DNA of 64,000 bases, from NCBI GenBank assembly GCA_025201805.1, contig MU619268.1, positions 3,472 to 67,471 of the forward strand. Reading direction: 5' to 3'. The position numbers were made by a program, and so were the translations under genes. Below are positions 12,680-25,872 of the stretch, piece after piece. Position 1 is the first letter of the stretch. Every line of letters begins with the position of its first letter. This DNA comes from Parasitella parasitica NRRL 2501 (lineage: Eukaryota > Fungi > Mucoromycota). The notes below the pieces were generated by a model. It did not search any database. It was not told the DNA's origin and saw only the letters and a program-made list of their open reading frames with translations.

Positions 12680-14375
12680 ATGGCTTTCAAGTGCTTACGG
12701 TGTAAACAACCATTAAGGATCGATGATTCGCTAGCAAATTTGGATCAGGCATCTATAGACATGCTAACAGGTAATTTTGTAGTAACTTTCACTAAAAGCA
12801 AAATGACTCACCATTCATTGTAGCCCCTTTGGCGTCTGAAGAACACTATGAAAAAAATGCGCATAAGCGCCGTTTATCAAAAAATATCAAATCACCGCCT
12901 CAACCATTACATACTCGCTTCATTGGCATCAAGCCATCACCGCTCTCTCCTAGTCGGTCTGGGCACGGTCCCGGTAAACGAGACAGCTATCCTGCACCTT
13001 CAGAGTCGTTTGTTGTACTGACTCATTCGGAAACAAATGTAAACGCCCCATCTACTGTTTCCAGCACAACATCCAGCCCCTCGGTCACGAATAAAAATAG
13101 CCGCAATACGTTGAATTCAGCCCATGTTTCAGCTTTACAGTCAACACACTCGAATGCCATATCCAGCAACGCTATTTCTGTAGAGACACCTCCAAGCGGA
13201 TGGTCAGAAAGACTCAAGGTAGCCAACAAATTGTTTGAAGTCATGTCTTCAAAATCAAGTGTTGACCATCCAATGTGTCAAGAGTGCGTGGATTTGTTTA
13301 TCGAAATGTTGAGAGAGCAAATGAACGATGTATCGACTGAAAGGGATTGTTATATCGAGTTTCTGAAGAGGGTGAAAGATAGCCGAATAAGTAAAGAGGA
13401 AGAGGAAGAGCTTGAAAAGCAACTAGAAGACGTATGTACGAAATTGTCCCTGATAAAATACCTGATCAACTGGCTAACCTATAAATTAATATAAAAGTTA
13501 AAGTTGGCAGAGAAAGAAGCGTCTGAAGAACTATTAAAACTGCAGCAGGAAGAGGAGGCTTTGGATAAGGAATTAGAAGAATTAAAAAACGAAATGGAGG
13601 ATTTGGATGCACAAGAAGAGGAGTTTTGGGAGAAATCAAACGAATACCAGACAAGTTTGCAACATTTTCAAAACGAAAGAGATTCCATCAATCTCAAATA
13701 TGATCATGATGTAAAAGAGTACGAAAGGTTGCAAAAAACAGCAGTTTACAATGATGCATTTTGCATATTTCACGATGGACATTTTGGAACGATCAATGGA
13801 TTCAGGCTGGGAAGACTGAGTTCACATCCGGTGGAATGGAGTGAAATAAACGCTGCTTGGGGTCAGACCTTATTGCTGTTATATACAGTAGCAAGTAAGC
13901 TCAAATTCCAGTTTAAAACCTTTCGATTAGTGCCTATGGGGTCCTTCTCTCGAATTGAAAAGGTGGATGGAGATAGTGTGGTATCGTATGAACTGTATGT
14001 TATTTTAGCGGCAAATCAGAATGATAAATTATCTAACCACGATAATATCGCAGATATGGTTCAGGGGATTTTGGTATCAACAAAATGTTCTTTTTAAATA
14101 GGCGTTTTGATCATGCCATGGTAGCTGTATTGAACTGCTTGAAGCAATTGACTGATTACGCAGAAGATAGAGACAAAAGCTTGAGGTTGCCCTATAGAAT
14201 CTACAAGGATAAAATCGGGGACCTGTCCATTCGTATACAATTCAACCAAGATGAATCGTGGACCAAGGCTTTGAAATACATGCTGATTAATATGAAATGG
14301 ATCCTTGTCTTTGCTAGCAGAGCCAACTCTTCATCCGATTCAGCAGAAACAAGTGACAGTACACTGCTTGCTTAA
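12680..14375 (+). CDS. ATG6: Autophagy protein 6 / Beclin-1 (Vps30)
   Basis: N-terminal 'CLRCKQPL', 'SESFVVL', 'DHPMCQEC', a coiled coil, and the BARA domain 'VYNDAFCI.HDGHFGTINGFRLGRL...VEWSEINAAWGQ...WTKALKYML'. Confidence 0.96.
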
Positions 14376-14563
14376 CGCTTAAAAAAATACATTTATACCA
14401 TCACAGTCTATTGGTACAATAGACATAGTAAGAATAAAACATATCAGATACTCAGTGCTAATTAGCAGAATATCTTGCGACGATTTGATTTTTCAAAAAT
14501 GAACAAAATTTACCAGCCGCACATTCATTGCGGTTTTTGCTTTCAGCATATAACTTTTACAAT

Positions 14564-15593
14564 ATGAGAAGAAGGCCAGTAGGCGTTGCTAGTGTCACTT
14601 ACAGAAAACGAACCGAGGTATGCTATTCACAGCCAAGAAATAATATGCTGCTTGACACTGTATGAAAACGTAGAGAGAGTATCAACAGATTGGCGATACG
14701 ATTGCAGCAAAAGAGCTGGAGCAGGTAAACAGCAAATAATAGTTGAGCAATGTGTCTGTGTATCTCTATAACAACATTCAAATGTAGCTACAAAGCCAAA
14801 TGGAAGTATTCAAGACAAATCTTCAAGAATTTGCACAGAAACATCGCAAAGATATACGAAAAGATCCAACTTTTCGTGCTCATTTTCAACGGATGTGCAC
14901 AAACATCGGCGTCGATCCTCTTGCTTGTATAGTATAAAGCTTGAACGAGTAGATTTAGAGGCTAACCAGTAATCAGCAAACAAGGGTTTCTGGGCTGATT
15001 TGTTAGGGGTGGGTGATTTCTATTACGAATTAGGGATACAGATCATCGAGGCGTGCATTGTTAGCAGGATTAACGACGGCGGGTTGACAGACTTGAACGA
15101 GATAATGCGACGAGTTCAATTAATGAGGGGTTCTATTAGCAAGCAGCAGCAGCAGCAGCAAATATCAGAGGACGATATCGTACGAGCTATCAAGACGTTA
15201 AAGCCTCTAAGCGGTGGTTATCAGGTTATTCCGATTGGAGACAGAAAGCTAGTTCGATCGGTTCCAAAAGAGCTAAATAAGGACCAATCTGCATTACTAT
15301 TGTTAGCTCAGGTAATCTATTATTACTAGAATGCGATGCATGTACTAAATAAAAACACAGAAAATTGGATTTGTTGATAATGAGATGATAAAAAACGAGT
15401 TAGGATGGAGCCCTGAAAGGATCAACACAGCCACAGTAAGTCATGTTTGTGCGGTTATAAAGTGCATAACGTATTCACCTCAAAATAGCAACATTTGCTA
15501 CAAGATGGGATTGCTTGGTTAGATAAATTTGGAGAGAGAGAGTCGTTTTGGATACCCAGTTACTTTAACACTAAGCAATCAAATAGTATATAA
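14564..15593 (+). CDS. SNF8: ESCRT-II subunit Vps22/Snf8 (multi-exon)
   Basis: 'MRRRPVGVA', '[53 protein letters not shown]', 'LVRSVPKELNKDQ', 'LLQDGIAWLD'. Confidence 0.94.
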
Positions 15594-15750
15594 ATGTAAG
15601 GGTTGTGCTAATAGGAGCATTTGAAATGCACGATATGATGGTATACTTTATTGAATTATTGAAAAAGGCAAGGAGGAGGAGGAGGGGGGGTAACAATGTA
15701 TGCAATAATTCTATGAATATGTACAAAAAAAGAGGGGGGAAGAACAGCGT

Positions 15751-17203
15751 TTAATTCATGCTGCTAACCATGTAGAGCGCCAAAAACACAACCAATGTAC
15801 AAATTGGTATACATATTACACCGTAACTCCAGAACAATACATTCAGCATTTCTTCTTCAAATATACCACTGACCTGGGTGATTTGCGCCAAATTGATAGC
15901 TGTAGGAGTGCATCCTACAACAATCATGCTGACAATAAAAACGGGGTCGCTGGCTAATTCTGACCATCTTGATCCGTATGTTGCAAAGACGTACACGAGT
16001 GGAAGCAAACATAGAGGTGTCAATACCATGCGAATAAATATCGACAGTGACACTGGCTGGCGGTATTTGGGGGAGCTCTCGTGCTGTGTTTCCCTGATGT
16101 TTTTCAATTGAGCACCAAGACAAATCAGGACGATCGGTACTGATGCTTTTCCACAAGATTCGACGGCTTTTGTCACAGAAGCGTAAAAGAATGAATCAGG
16201 ATTGTACAGGAGGTGCTTGACAGGAGGACATAACCCTACGAAAAGAGCTAATAGAGCGGCATAAAGAGGTGGTGACATGTACTTGTCGATGGACTTGAAG
16301 ATTCGCATTAATGTGGAGGAATGTTTTTCTACCAAACTAGTTGTTTCATCGGACACTACTCTGGTAACCTCCAAATCTACGTTGTGTGAATCGATCGTGG
16401 TCGATGCTGAGGACCGTCTACTAGTGTCGTTAACTGATCCGTACTTGTTAAATCTAGTCGAATCGGTATCATTCACAATGGTGTCATCGTCTTGGTCTCT
16501 TTTCTGAAGCAGATTGTATCCATAAGACCATCTCAGTAGATTGCAGAAAAGTCCAAAAAAGAGGGTGTATGAGATTCCTCTGAAAAAAGGGGGCATGTTA
16601 AGATACATGTATTCTACAAACACATATGGAAATAATTTACCTAGCAGCCACCGTATCCTGGTTATCGTTTGAACCCCAATACAATGTCTTACCAGCTTCC
16701 GAAACTGCCAAGCTCGATATGATTGCAACTGGCAATGAATTGGCATTACTGAACATGACACAAGCCAATATAAAGCGCTTATAGTATTTGTCTACGCCAA
16801 ACATCGGGATCACTGTCTGACAGAGCATCCATGATAGCAGTATGAACAGGAAGTAGAAGAAAGGAATTGGCCAGAATGCTAGCAGTTTCTCGAATGATAT
16901 GACTGATGCGATATTTGAGAAGAGCAGACAGGGTGTAAAGAAGAATAGGTTCAATTTGGAAAGCCACTATAAGTATCATTTATCAATATCTGCATGTCAT
17001 AAGCCCACTATCACTCCAAAAATGTACCTTTTGCTTCTCATTGTCTATGTAGCCTTTTGAATATAGGATGGCGCCCACTAATACAATGATCATAACTTGC
17101 ATGATTGCCTTTAATAGATTTTTTTTTCTCAGTATATTTGTGCGACTATAATCAGTGGACTATATGACTTTACCTGAACGGCAGAAATAATTAAATCCAA
17201 CAT
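15751..17203 (-). CDS. Auxin efflux carrier (Mem_trans / PILS-like) family membrane transporter
   Basis: 'LNLFFFTPCLLFSNIA', 'MFSNANSLPVAII', 'LLRWSYG', 'CGKASVPIVLICLGAQL', 'CTPTAINLAQITQ'; multiple TM segments; start MLDLIISAVQ. Confidence 0.9.
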
Positions 17204-18159
17204 CTTGTGATTGTGATATAATGGTGGTATTATTGGTATAAATAAATGGCTGTCGAATTCAAAAATTGAAAAGAGAAGAGAGATAGAGAAAGAAGAAGGT
17301 AGAATACTGATTCAAAAAAATAAAGGGGTCTTATAATTGACTTGTGAATAAGCCGATTGTGCTTTCTGGCATACAAATGATGCAATTGTTGTCCATTCAC
17401 AGCTGATGTAGAATGTGGTGTATTATAGCGTTCTCCTACCCGACTCTCTATACATGAGCTGCTAATTTGCTCACATTGGGTTCAGGGCAGTCATCCTGTA
17501 GATCACCAGCACATGTATTTGATGATCTTATCTCATTTATATTATGTTATAGTATGATTTAACATACAAATAGGTAAATAAAACAATTAGTAATAACGAG
17601 GTTACACCATCAAAATCATTATGAGAAGCGTATGACTAAACCTGTTGTATATTTCATAATCGAGCTATTTTCTACATGTATTTGTATCGTAATGATTCAT
17701 GTGCCCGGGAAATTCTAGTGTTCAATGTGATATTCAAGATTCGGGTCTTGAATAATTACAAACGCTTCTGTGCGATTATTTTAACAGTAGTTGTTAATAA
17801 TGCTATACTCAGTCAATTAATGAAACAATATTTCCCCATGCAAAAATTTAAACTATCATCTTCAAAACTAATCTATAATACTACGTATTTAAGAAGGTGT
17901 TTACAAACATATAAGCTTAGTAGTAATGGTGACTTGATCAATATCGTTTCCACTTTATCATATTTGAATGCTTCCATTTACCTTATTTTATTCAGATCTT
18001 GACCGTATTATATCAATCGTTTAATATTCTTTAATTTAGAGAATGGTTGCTGAATAATACAGATTGAAATCTTAGTCGAGTAAAGTGGTTATTCATTATA
18101 TACTTTACCATGCAAGTACTAGTGTCACTTTGATTGTGCAAGAAAAGAAAACAAAGATT

Positions 18160-18770
18160 GCTCTTTCTATTTGCTTGCGAGGTATATTACACTGTCGTAA
18201 ATCCATGGTGGTATCTGCTCTAACTGAGGTGGCAGCCCTGCTTTATCAACTGCCACTTGTATGCCTTGGATACTTAAAATTTGGCCTATCTTCAATGCTG
18301 CTCCTTTCATTCGAAAATATTTATTGATGAACTGTAGTATATGTTATCTTCATTGGGCATAACAGAGCCTATTTTTAGAATATATGCAGCACAATATCCC
18401 AAGCCTATTCACCAAAGTCATACTATAGTGTCGCATATTCCATATTTCCAAAGCTTTCCAAAGCTTTCCAAATCAAGATATAGGATTCAATTCTTTTCAC
18501 TTTGTCTCCTAGATAATTTGATTATCTTTTTAATTAACTGGAGTTGACAATGATACTGATTCATCCTTGAGCACGGCAGGCTCAGATGCATCTATAGAAA
18601 CGCATTCAGCATGAGGTAAAGTAGAAGTTGTAGTATTTATCCATGCACCATCCTTGGAACTTCAGTTGCAGTATTCTGCCAAAGGTTATAAGATGTTAGA
18701 TGCCTTGATACAAAGATATGATACAATTGTTTTGAGTGGCAACAACGTAATGATACCAGCACTAGTGCAT
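18160..18770 (-). pseudogene. COQ8: Decayed N-terminal fragment of COQ8/ABC1 atypical kinase
   Basis: The minus strand at 18313-18263 reads RMKGAALKIGQILSIQG, followed by '...GLPPQLEQI' (the UbiB-family KxGQ motif in COQ8 context). Upstream, 'FGKLWK/YG' is broken by a 10-bp tandem duplication (~18448-18467), stops and frameshifts. The kinase core is absent. Confidence 0.8.
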
Positions 18771-18854
18771 ACATTAAAATCGACAAGATTACGTGAAAGT
18801 GACATGTCAAATTGCGTTATAATCTTAATTGTCAAGCATGATTTAATTTGTATT

Positions 18855-18999
18855 CATGTAGTTTTATTCTAATATAGATAAGCTGCTTCTTATCAATTGA
18901 TAAATCAGTAGTTTCGTATTTGGTAAAGCTAGTTTTTAATATTTTCCATTTCTTTAATCATGTACAATTACCTGCTCATTTTCAAGATCTGGCACAACA
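18855..18999 (+). repeat. Diverged copy of the LTR-like fragment at about 3455-3605 (and 4995-5145)
   Basis: Shared blocks TTTATTCTAATATA, GCTTCTTATCAAT, ATAAATCA, TGGTAAA, CTGCTCATTTTCAA and CTGGC(G/A)CAACA in the same order; both end at CAACA. Confidence 0.75.
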
Positions 19000-19535
19000 G
19001 TAATACTGATTTTTATAGCTAATTTGTTACATTCTTACACGTGAACTAACTATAAATCCCTGGTTTTTCAAATTTTACCTTCTTTGTTCAAGCTCCTTTT
19101 TTGAATATACCTAGAAGTGTTTAATAGGGCTGAAATCTGGACTCTGAACGGTTTAAAATTCAAAGGAGTGGACATCTGGCAGCTTTTTATATAGCAATAT
19201 ATGTATTTTTGTTTTCTAATAAAATTTGGACATTTTATTGGTTGGTAAGTGTCGTAAGCATATTTCCCCCCTCCCAACAACAAAGCAGCACTTCCATTAT
19301 TATAATAGCTGGTCATAAACTCTCATACATAAACGTGTTTTTAACCTTTTTTATATCAACAAATAGACTAAAAAAAAAAAAAAACTGTTGAAGGTACTGA
19401 AAATTTAAAATTAAAGTATACTATATCAAATATAAATATTATATAGTGTGTTCTGTTGGTCAATTCCACACGTAACTGTAGGGAATAGCAGAGATGATAT
19501 GTGCCTTGGGCACATAAAGATCGTTGAGTTTGTTT

Positions 19536-20785
19536 TTACATCATGAGACTATTCAAATTTTCATTTAATATGATATCCGACACAGCCATCATAACATTCT
19601 GTAAAAGAGTTGTGTCTGTTGCATCTGTGAAATGCACATAGACTTGCTTGTCTGGCTGTCTGTTCAATCTTCGAAACTTTGATTCAAAATAGTTTATAGC
19701 CGTATCGTAGTTTTCGACTTGGCTGCTGTAATCAGGGAAAAAGTTTGCTATAGGCGAATATGTTATTTTCTTTTTGAATATATCAATCTTGTTCAACAGT
19801 AGAATTATTGAAGTCTGTACAAACCAATGTGAGTTACATGTGGTGTCAAACAGCATGAGCGCCTCGTGCATCTGTAAGTATAGATTATTAGTATGGATGT
19901 CTTGTACTTGGATGATATACAAACCTGATTTGAATTTCTATCTTCAGCCAAACATTGATCATAGCCACTGATGGCAACAACAAACAGAATAGCAGTTACA
20001 TTTTCAAAGCAGTGAATCCATTTTTTTCGCTCACTTCGCTGACCGCCCACATCAAACATGCGATATATAAGCGGACCGAGATGAAATGTAGTTTCAACAA
20101 TGCCAGTTGTCTTTGCTCTGCAGCGAATGATATCTTGATCGCTTGGGATATAGTTAGGGTCCCATAATTTATCGATCTTCTCAAAGAAGCTAGTATACAA
20201 GTAGAAAACAAATTAGATGCTGTAGCTTGTATGATTTAAATGCTTACTAGGATATGTTGTCGTGTAACGCAAACATGTTGCCCTTCTTAAACGCAGCTTG
20301 GATGGTTTCGTTGTTCCATAAATTTTTCAGCGGCTCAAGGTAGATTTGAGGAAATGGTTGGTTTTCTTCTAACATGAGAGTTTCGATGAAAAGGTCAGCG
20401 TAATCCTGTTGATAAATTAGTTTGTGCTTTTAGTAATGTTGATACATTTATCGATATGTACCTTGGAAATTGGATCAGTTAATTCCAAGCCTAGTATTTG
20501 TAGTGCGTCCAACAATGTTTGAATCGTCGAAAATATATTGGAAAACACAACTATGCGAAATCCTTCTCGCTCACTCGCTTGAAATCCAGAAGCGTGTATT
20601 AACCTCATTTGCTTCAGCACTGTTGATTTTCCAGACTCTCCCGCGCCCAGCAACAGTAATTTCACCTCCCTTTTCATACGTTTCTGGTCTGCTTTTATTT
20701 GCTTATCAATTGCTCGACTTTTCATTGCTAGAGTATTCGATGAGCCGTCTGCGTTGGGTGTCGGCTTGCTTTTAGTATTTCCCAT
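19536..20785 (-). CDS. Heterotrimeric G-protein alpha subunit (closest to fungal group II type)
   Basis: MGNTKS myristoylation motif, GAGESGKS P-loop, 'RAKTTGI', '[17 protein letters not shown]', NKID and 'HFTDATDT'. Confidence 0.96.
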
Positions 20786-21430
20786 CTTGCTCACTTTTTT
20801 TTTAACAGATGTATAAACCTGGGAGGGGGGGGGGGAGGGATGAAAGAAAGAAAGAGAAAAAGACTCCTTGTATCCTTTTTGTTCTTCAAGTATCAGGGTT
20901 GTATGACAAGATTTCATGGCACATACAAAAAGTATGTGGAAACCTATAAATAGAGTGACGGTTGCCCTTCAGTACGCTCAAAAACAAGTGGATTTTCATG
21001 AATTGTGGGGTAACTAACATTGTATTCAAAGGAAATGCAGCCGTTGGTTTTCTGGTGCGTGTATTTCTTGGCTTGAAATAGAAAGAAATGTCATTGAGCT
21101 TGTTTTTGTATTGGTTAATATGAAAATTGGATTTCACATCATCGATTACTGCTGAATGCCCGGTTAAAGCATAAAATACGTCAAACTCTCCTTTGGCTCA
21201 TGGCCAATTTGAAGTTTCTGTAATACGAAAAAAAACCTTAAATTAGTCAGTGTACCTAAACTTGAATCAGCGAGGCAAGCTATATATGATTACATGGAAT
21301 TGTTATATTAATTCAGTTCAACATTGGCTGTATAATCGAGCAATAGAATGTGCAAAATACGAATGACTTTTTATTTCTTTTTTTCTTTTAATGTATGTAG
21401 CTATAAAAGTGGGATGCAAATGTTAAATTT

Positions 21431-24168
21431 TTAGTTTCTCTTTTCCTCAATAAGGTTCCAGGTATCTCTCCAGACAAGATGACTGTAGTCCTTGATGGGG
21501 CCAATCAGACCAAAGGAAACAGGTGCAAAATGAATAAAGATCCCAATGACTACGGCGTAGACAGGGATAAAGACCATCCATTGTACAGTTTTTGAGCAGT
21601 TGCGAGTGTAGTGATCCATCAAGAAGGGAACCATGAGGATACTAAAATAAAGGGCCGGGAAATAATGGTGCAAATACGTGACACGGCCCATAATAAAAAA
21701 GGGGATATAATGGAAGAACCAACCAAGGAAGAGTGTCTTACCAGCATAAAAGTAGTGATCCCATTGAGCTATAGGAAGCCGTGGTTAGTATGTTATGCAT
21801 GTATTGCAGTGTTTGTTCCTGCTTACCAAGAGTCAAATCATTGATCTTTCGTTGCATGCGAATCATGTAGTAGGCAGTAGTAAGACAGAACGCAAAAATT
21901 GAAGCAATAGACAACCACCAAACAGCGGGATTACCCAAAAGATAATATTTGACATCGTTATCGCCCCAACCACACATACGAAGTCCTACCGTGACAAAGG
22001 GCCACTCTGTAGGAGTTGATGAGAGGATATCGTACTTGTCAGGGTCAGGAGTCAAAGCGTTGTTGGATGTCCACATGGCAATATTCAAAGTGATGAAATC
22101 GCGAAGGAAATGCTTCTTATAAGCATTTGGTGGGGCAGGAGGCAATTTCTCGTTCCAATGCTGCTCGACATTCCACATGGAGTAAGGATCGTTGGTGTTG
22201 TTTCTCTTGTCACAGAACACTTCGGATTGCTTGAAGCCCCATTGAGGCAAACTAGTGCCATCAGCAGTTAAAAGACATCCCTGCCTGATATGGCGAAGAC
22301 GGAACCGAGTGGTTAGAGAACGAATGCGTTGCTTGTCATGGTAAATAAAGTCATCGACAATTTCGACTTTCCAATTATCTTGAACATCGCCAATGGTTTC
22401 ATTACCATAACAACTGACTTCCCACTGAGCTGCAGTGACGGGAGCATTGACAGGATGGCTGTGCAAGTTGCGGCCAGTAGACGAGTGTTGGAGACGAACG
22501 ATATCACCATCTTTAACAAAACGAATAAACTCCTTGTTTGCTGGTTGCTCATAGTCGTGTGCATTCAAATTTCTAGGCGGGCGGATGTCCCAATGATTAT
22601 TGTCATCCTTGTGGTGATAGCAAGTTACTTGCTGTTGCTTGGATCCTTCAGGGTAAGTTTGAACATGTGAATGAAGTAGTCCGCCGCCGTAGCCAGTGTT
22701 CTTGAGCGTCAACTTTGATCCATAGGCAATTTCTGTGCAGCAGTTAGCATCAAGTCATTATCATTTCTTGTTTGATCTCTTACCGAGAGGATTGTCAACC
22801 ATCGAATTTCCTTGCAAGTTGGCTTGGAAAAGAGAGCTCATTTGAGCATCGCCAGGACCACTCTTGTACAAAAGGGCAAAGTGCAAACCAAAGCTAGACA
22901 CATAGATGATTGCAGGAATGATAATGAGACTGATAATACGAGCAATCCAGTGACCCATATATGTCTTTTTGGGCATTTGTAGATCACCCCACATGTTCCA
23001 AAGATCTTCGACTGTATAACATCCGACAACAGCCACAGCAAAGAGACCAACCCACTTGACACTGAGTACACAGCCTAACGAAGCACCGCTTAAGCAAAGC
23101 CAGGTCCACCATTTGAATGTAAAAGGACTTTTTTTTTTNNNNNNNNNNNNNNNNNNNNNNNNNNNNNNNNNNNNNNNNNNNNNNNNNNNNNNNNNNNNNN
23201 NNNNNNNNNNNNNNNNNNNNNNNNNNNNNNNNNNNNNNNNNNNNNNNNNNNNNNNNNNNNNNNNNNNNNNNNNNNNNNNNNNNNNNNNNNNNNNNNNNNN
23301 NNNNNNNNNNNNNNNNNNAAAAAAAAAAAAAAAAAAAGGTTAATTGAATGTACATATTCCCCGCCTTTCTCTCTCGCTCTCTCGCTCTCTCGCTCTCTCT
23401 CTCTCGCTCTCTCGCTCTCTCTCTCTCTATTTACCGAGTAACACCATAGTAGCTGCCAAGAGTGATGCCTTGGTAGTCATCTTTAATTGGACAGCGGTAA
23501 GATACGCAATGGGAACCATCATGGCACCGAAAAACGCGTTAAAGATACGCATGACAGCAAAGTTGACATTGTCAGGATAGGCAGCGCCAGATTCAAATCC
23601 AAATGAACCATTATAGCCGCCCAACCAGCCTGATAACCCAACCAAGATCTTTCCAAGTGGCGGATGCACATCGAAATAGAAATCATGGTTCAAATAATGC
23701 GATCCAAACTGATATCATTACATAATAAATATACTTTTCCTCTCTCAGCATTTGCCAAAGCTTACCTTGCCAAAATGTGCCTATATCGCAGATGAGTTAT
23801 TTCATTTGGTTTGCTGACCACACAAAAAATCACATACCTCATCCCAAACAACATGATTGCTAAGTGTAATCTTTCTGAATCTGGTCCAAAAAGACAGCAG
23901 TGTCAGCATAATTGTAGTGATCGTGTGTTGATTTTTTTGCAAGAAGGCGATATTCTAGGGCTCATCCAATTAGCAAGCTGTCCTACGTAGCAATGTAAAT
24001 ACTTACTTTGTTTGAGGAATAAGCCATTGGCGCTTGAGGTTGCGGGCGGTACCGGCTGTATGCCTTTTCCTTGGTGCCAATGTAGTCATCGCCAGCTACG
24101 GCAGAATACTGTTGCTGGTGCTTTTCAGACACATTGGGAGCGTGTCTTCTTTTCACTGTTGTCTCCAT
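21431..24168 (-). CDS. PMT2: Dolichyl-phosphate-mannose protein O-mannosyltransferase (PMT2 subfamily-like); one exon probably lies in the N gap
   Basis: 'VVWDE|AHFGK|FGSHY', '[11 protein letters not shown]', 'SVKWVGLF', '[16 protein letters not shown]', MIR domains '[25 protein letters not shown]' and '[16 protein letters not shown]'. Confidence 0.93.
23367..23428. repeat. (CT)n/(CTCG) microsatellite in a PMT intron
   Basis: Directly visible repeat ctctcgctctctcgctctct... next to a poly-A run and the N gap. Confidence 0.9.
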
Positions 24169-25211
24169 TTCTGGAAGTGTGTCTAAAGAAAGAGAAAAAG
24201 AAGAAGGAAGAGAAGTTGATGAAATGTGGATTAAGAAAAAGACGCACGTTTTTATAGGTAACATCAGTTTTTCTGTACTGGCCTTTGAAAGCCCGTTCAA
24301 CAGCTTTTGAAGGTTGTACTTGAATGGGATGCCACTACTTCTTTATTTCTGTATTTCATTTGATTTGGTTGGGCACGGCAGACTTGAGTATGTGTCTATC
24401 TTTCTTTCTTTTTTGTTCGCTTTTGGTTTTTTGAATACTGCACAGATGCTTTGAACGAGAATGTCAACTTCATTGATTTTTGCCACATCAGCGACACTGA
24501 TTGGCGTGTCAAAAGGTTTCAAGCAGCCAACAACAGACTTTAAAATAAACATGGAACTTGATTGAATTAGAGGCTTTTTATTACACTCGTCTATTTTGTA
24601 GTGACATTTAACAAGTAATACATAACATTTGAGTAATATACAAGCGAATACAACACCACACGGTTCTATTGCGACAATCGTTACACACATTTAATATCAT
24701 AAATCATAATTAGCGATTCTTACTCCCTTCCAAACATCATGGCAGCTACAATAGTAATCAAATAATGCCGTATTGCTATAAGGCACTTATCAGGTACATT
24801 CTATCCATTCAAAAATGCTTTGGTACTGCCATCTACTATAAAAACATAGCTGAAAGGCATTCATATGTACTTGGAATACGTTTGCGCTTCAAGTGATTGT
24901 GTTTTCAGCTAAACCATGTACCTGAAAACTCTTGGTGCACTATCTAATGTGATGATATATATTATATACAGTAGAAAAAAAGGGATAGATTTGCACAGTC
25001 TTTATTTTGAGCAGCCTGTATCATTGCACATTTAAATAGATACAAACGTCGAGTGCATTTGTACAACAGCTCCAGCTTGCAAACATCTGGAAATATGACA
25101 AAACTCCGACCCACATGGCGACAACAACATCAATCAGGCACAAAAAGGCTTGCTTTTTCTTCTGATTTTCATTCATCTTGATCAATACAACTATATACAG
25201 AATGATTTACA

Positions 25212-25872
25212 ATGGAGGAGGTTGTGAGCTTGCAAATGAGCCACCTTGTTTAATACGGACAAACCAGCGAAATCATACATTGAAAAGTACCATATCTTCT
25301 TGCACAAACTTGGCATCCAAGGCAGACGATGCAACACAGTCCTGTACCAAAAAAGAAGCTGGCTATTGCAACCACCGTTGTGTTGTTTTTATTTGTGATA
25401 GAACTAAAGAACTGATTTCTGGATATTTAGTGAATTCATTGGGCAAGAATACGTTACAATGTATGTGACAACCTAAGGACCCAAATGCACCACTTGTTAA
25501 ATGTATAGCTTTAATGACTGATGCTTTTCATCTATTGTATGATGTGGAGAGTTTCATAGTTGCGCTAGCAGTGAAACCATTACAAAAAGTAAATTTGCGC
25601 TGCTGTATCCTATCGTGAATTAATATTTTATGGATATCAGAGCACGCCTACGGATTTCATCGAGCCAAAGTTATTGCTGCACTAGTGTCTGTCTTGACTA
25701 TTTGGGTGTTGACATAATTCCTAGTCGTGGAGGCCATAGAAAGGATTAAAAAACCCAAAGTTATTGATGCTAAACTTGTAAGTTTCGTACCGCCTACTCT
25801 GCAATCAAACGTTTCATGTACGGTTACATCTAGATGTGTATCACTGCCTCAATTGGAGTTCTAGCAAACTAA
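25212..25872 (+). pseudogene. Truncated, intron-retaining pseudogene of a cation diffusion facilitator zinc transporter (ZnT2/SLC30-like)
   Basis: Reconstructed 'KKLAIATTVVLFLFVIE/ELISGYLVNSL|ALMTDAFHLLYD...AYGFHRAKVIAALVSVLTIWVLT*FLVVEAIERI...|MCITASIGVLAN*'. It has an in-frame TAA at 25715-25717 and frameshifts, and nothing recognisable after TM4. Confidence 0.85.

Noticed and set aside
24343-24690. 115-aa ORF upstream of PMT
   Set aside because: No recognisable family or motif and it lies in the promoter region; cannot be supported as a gene.
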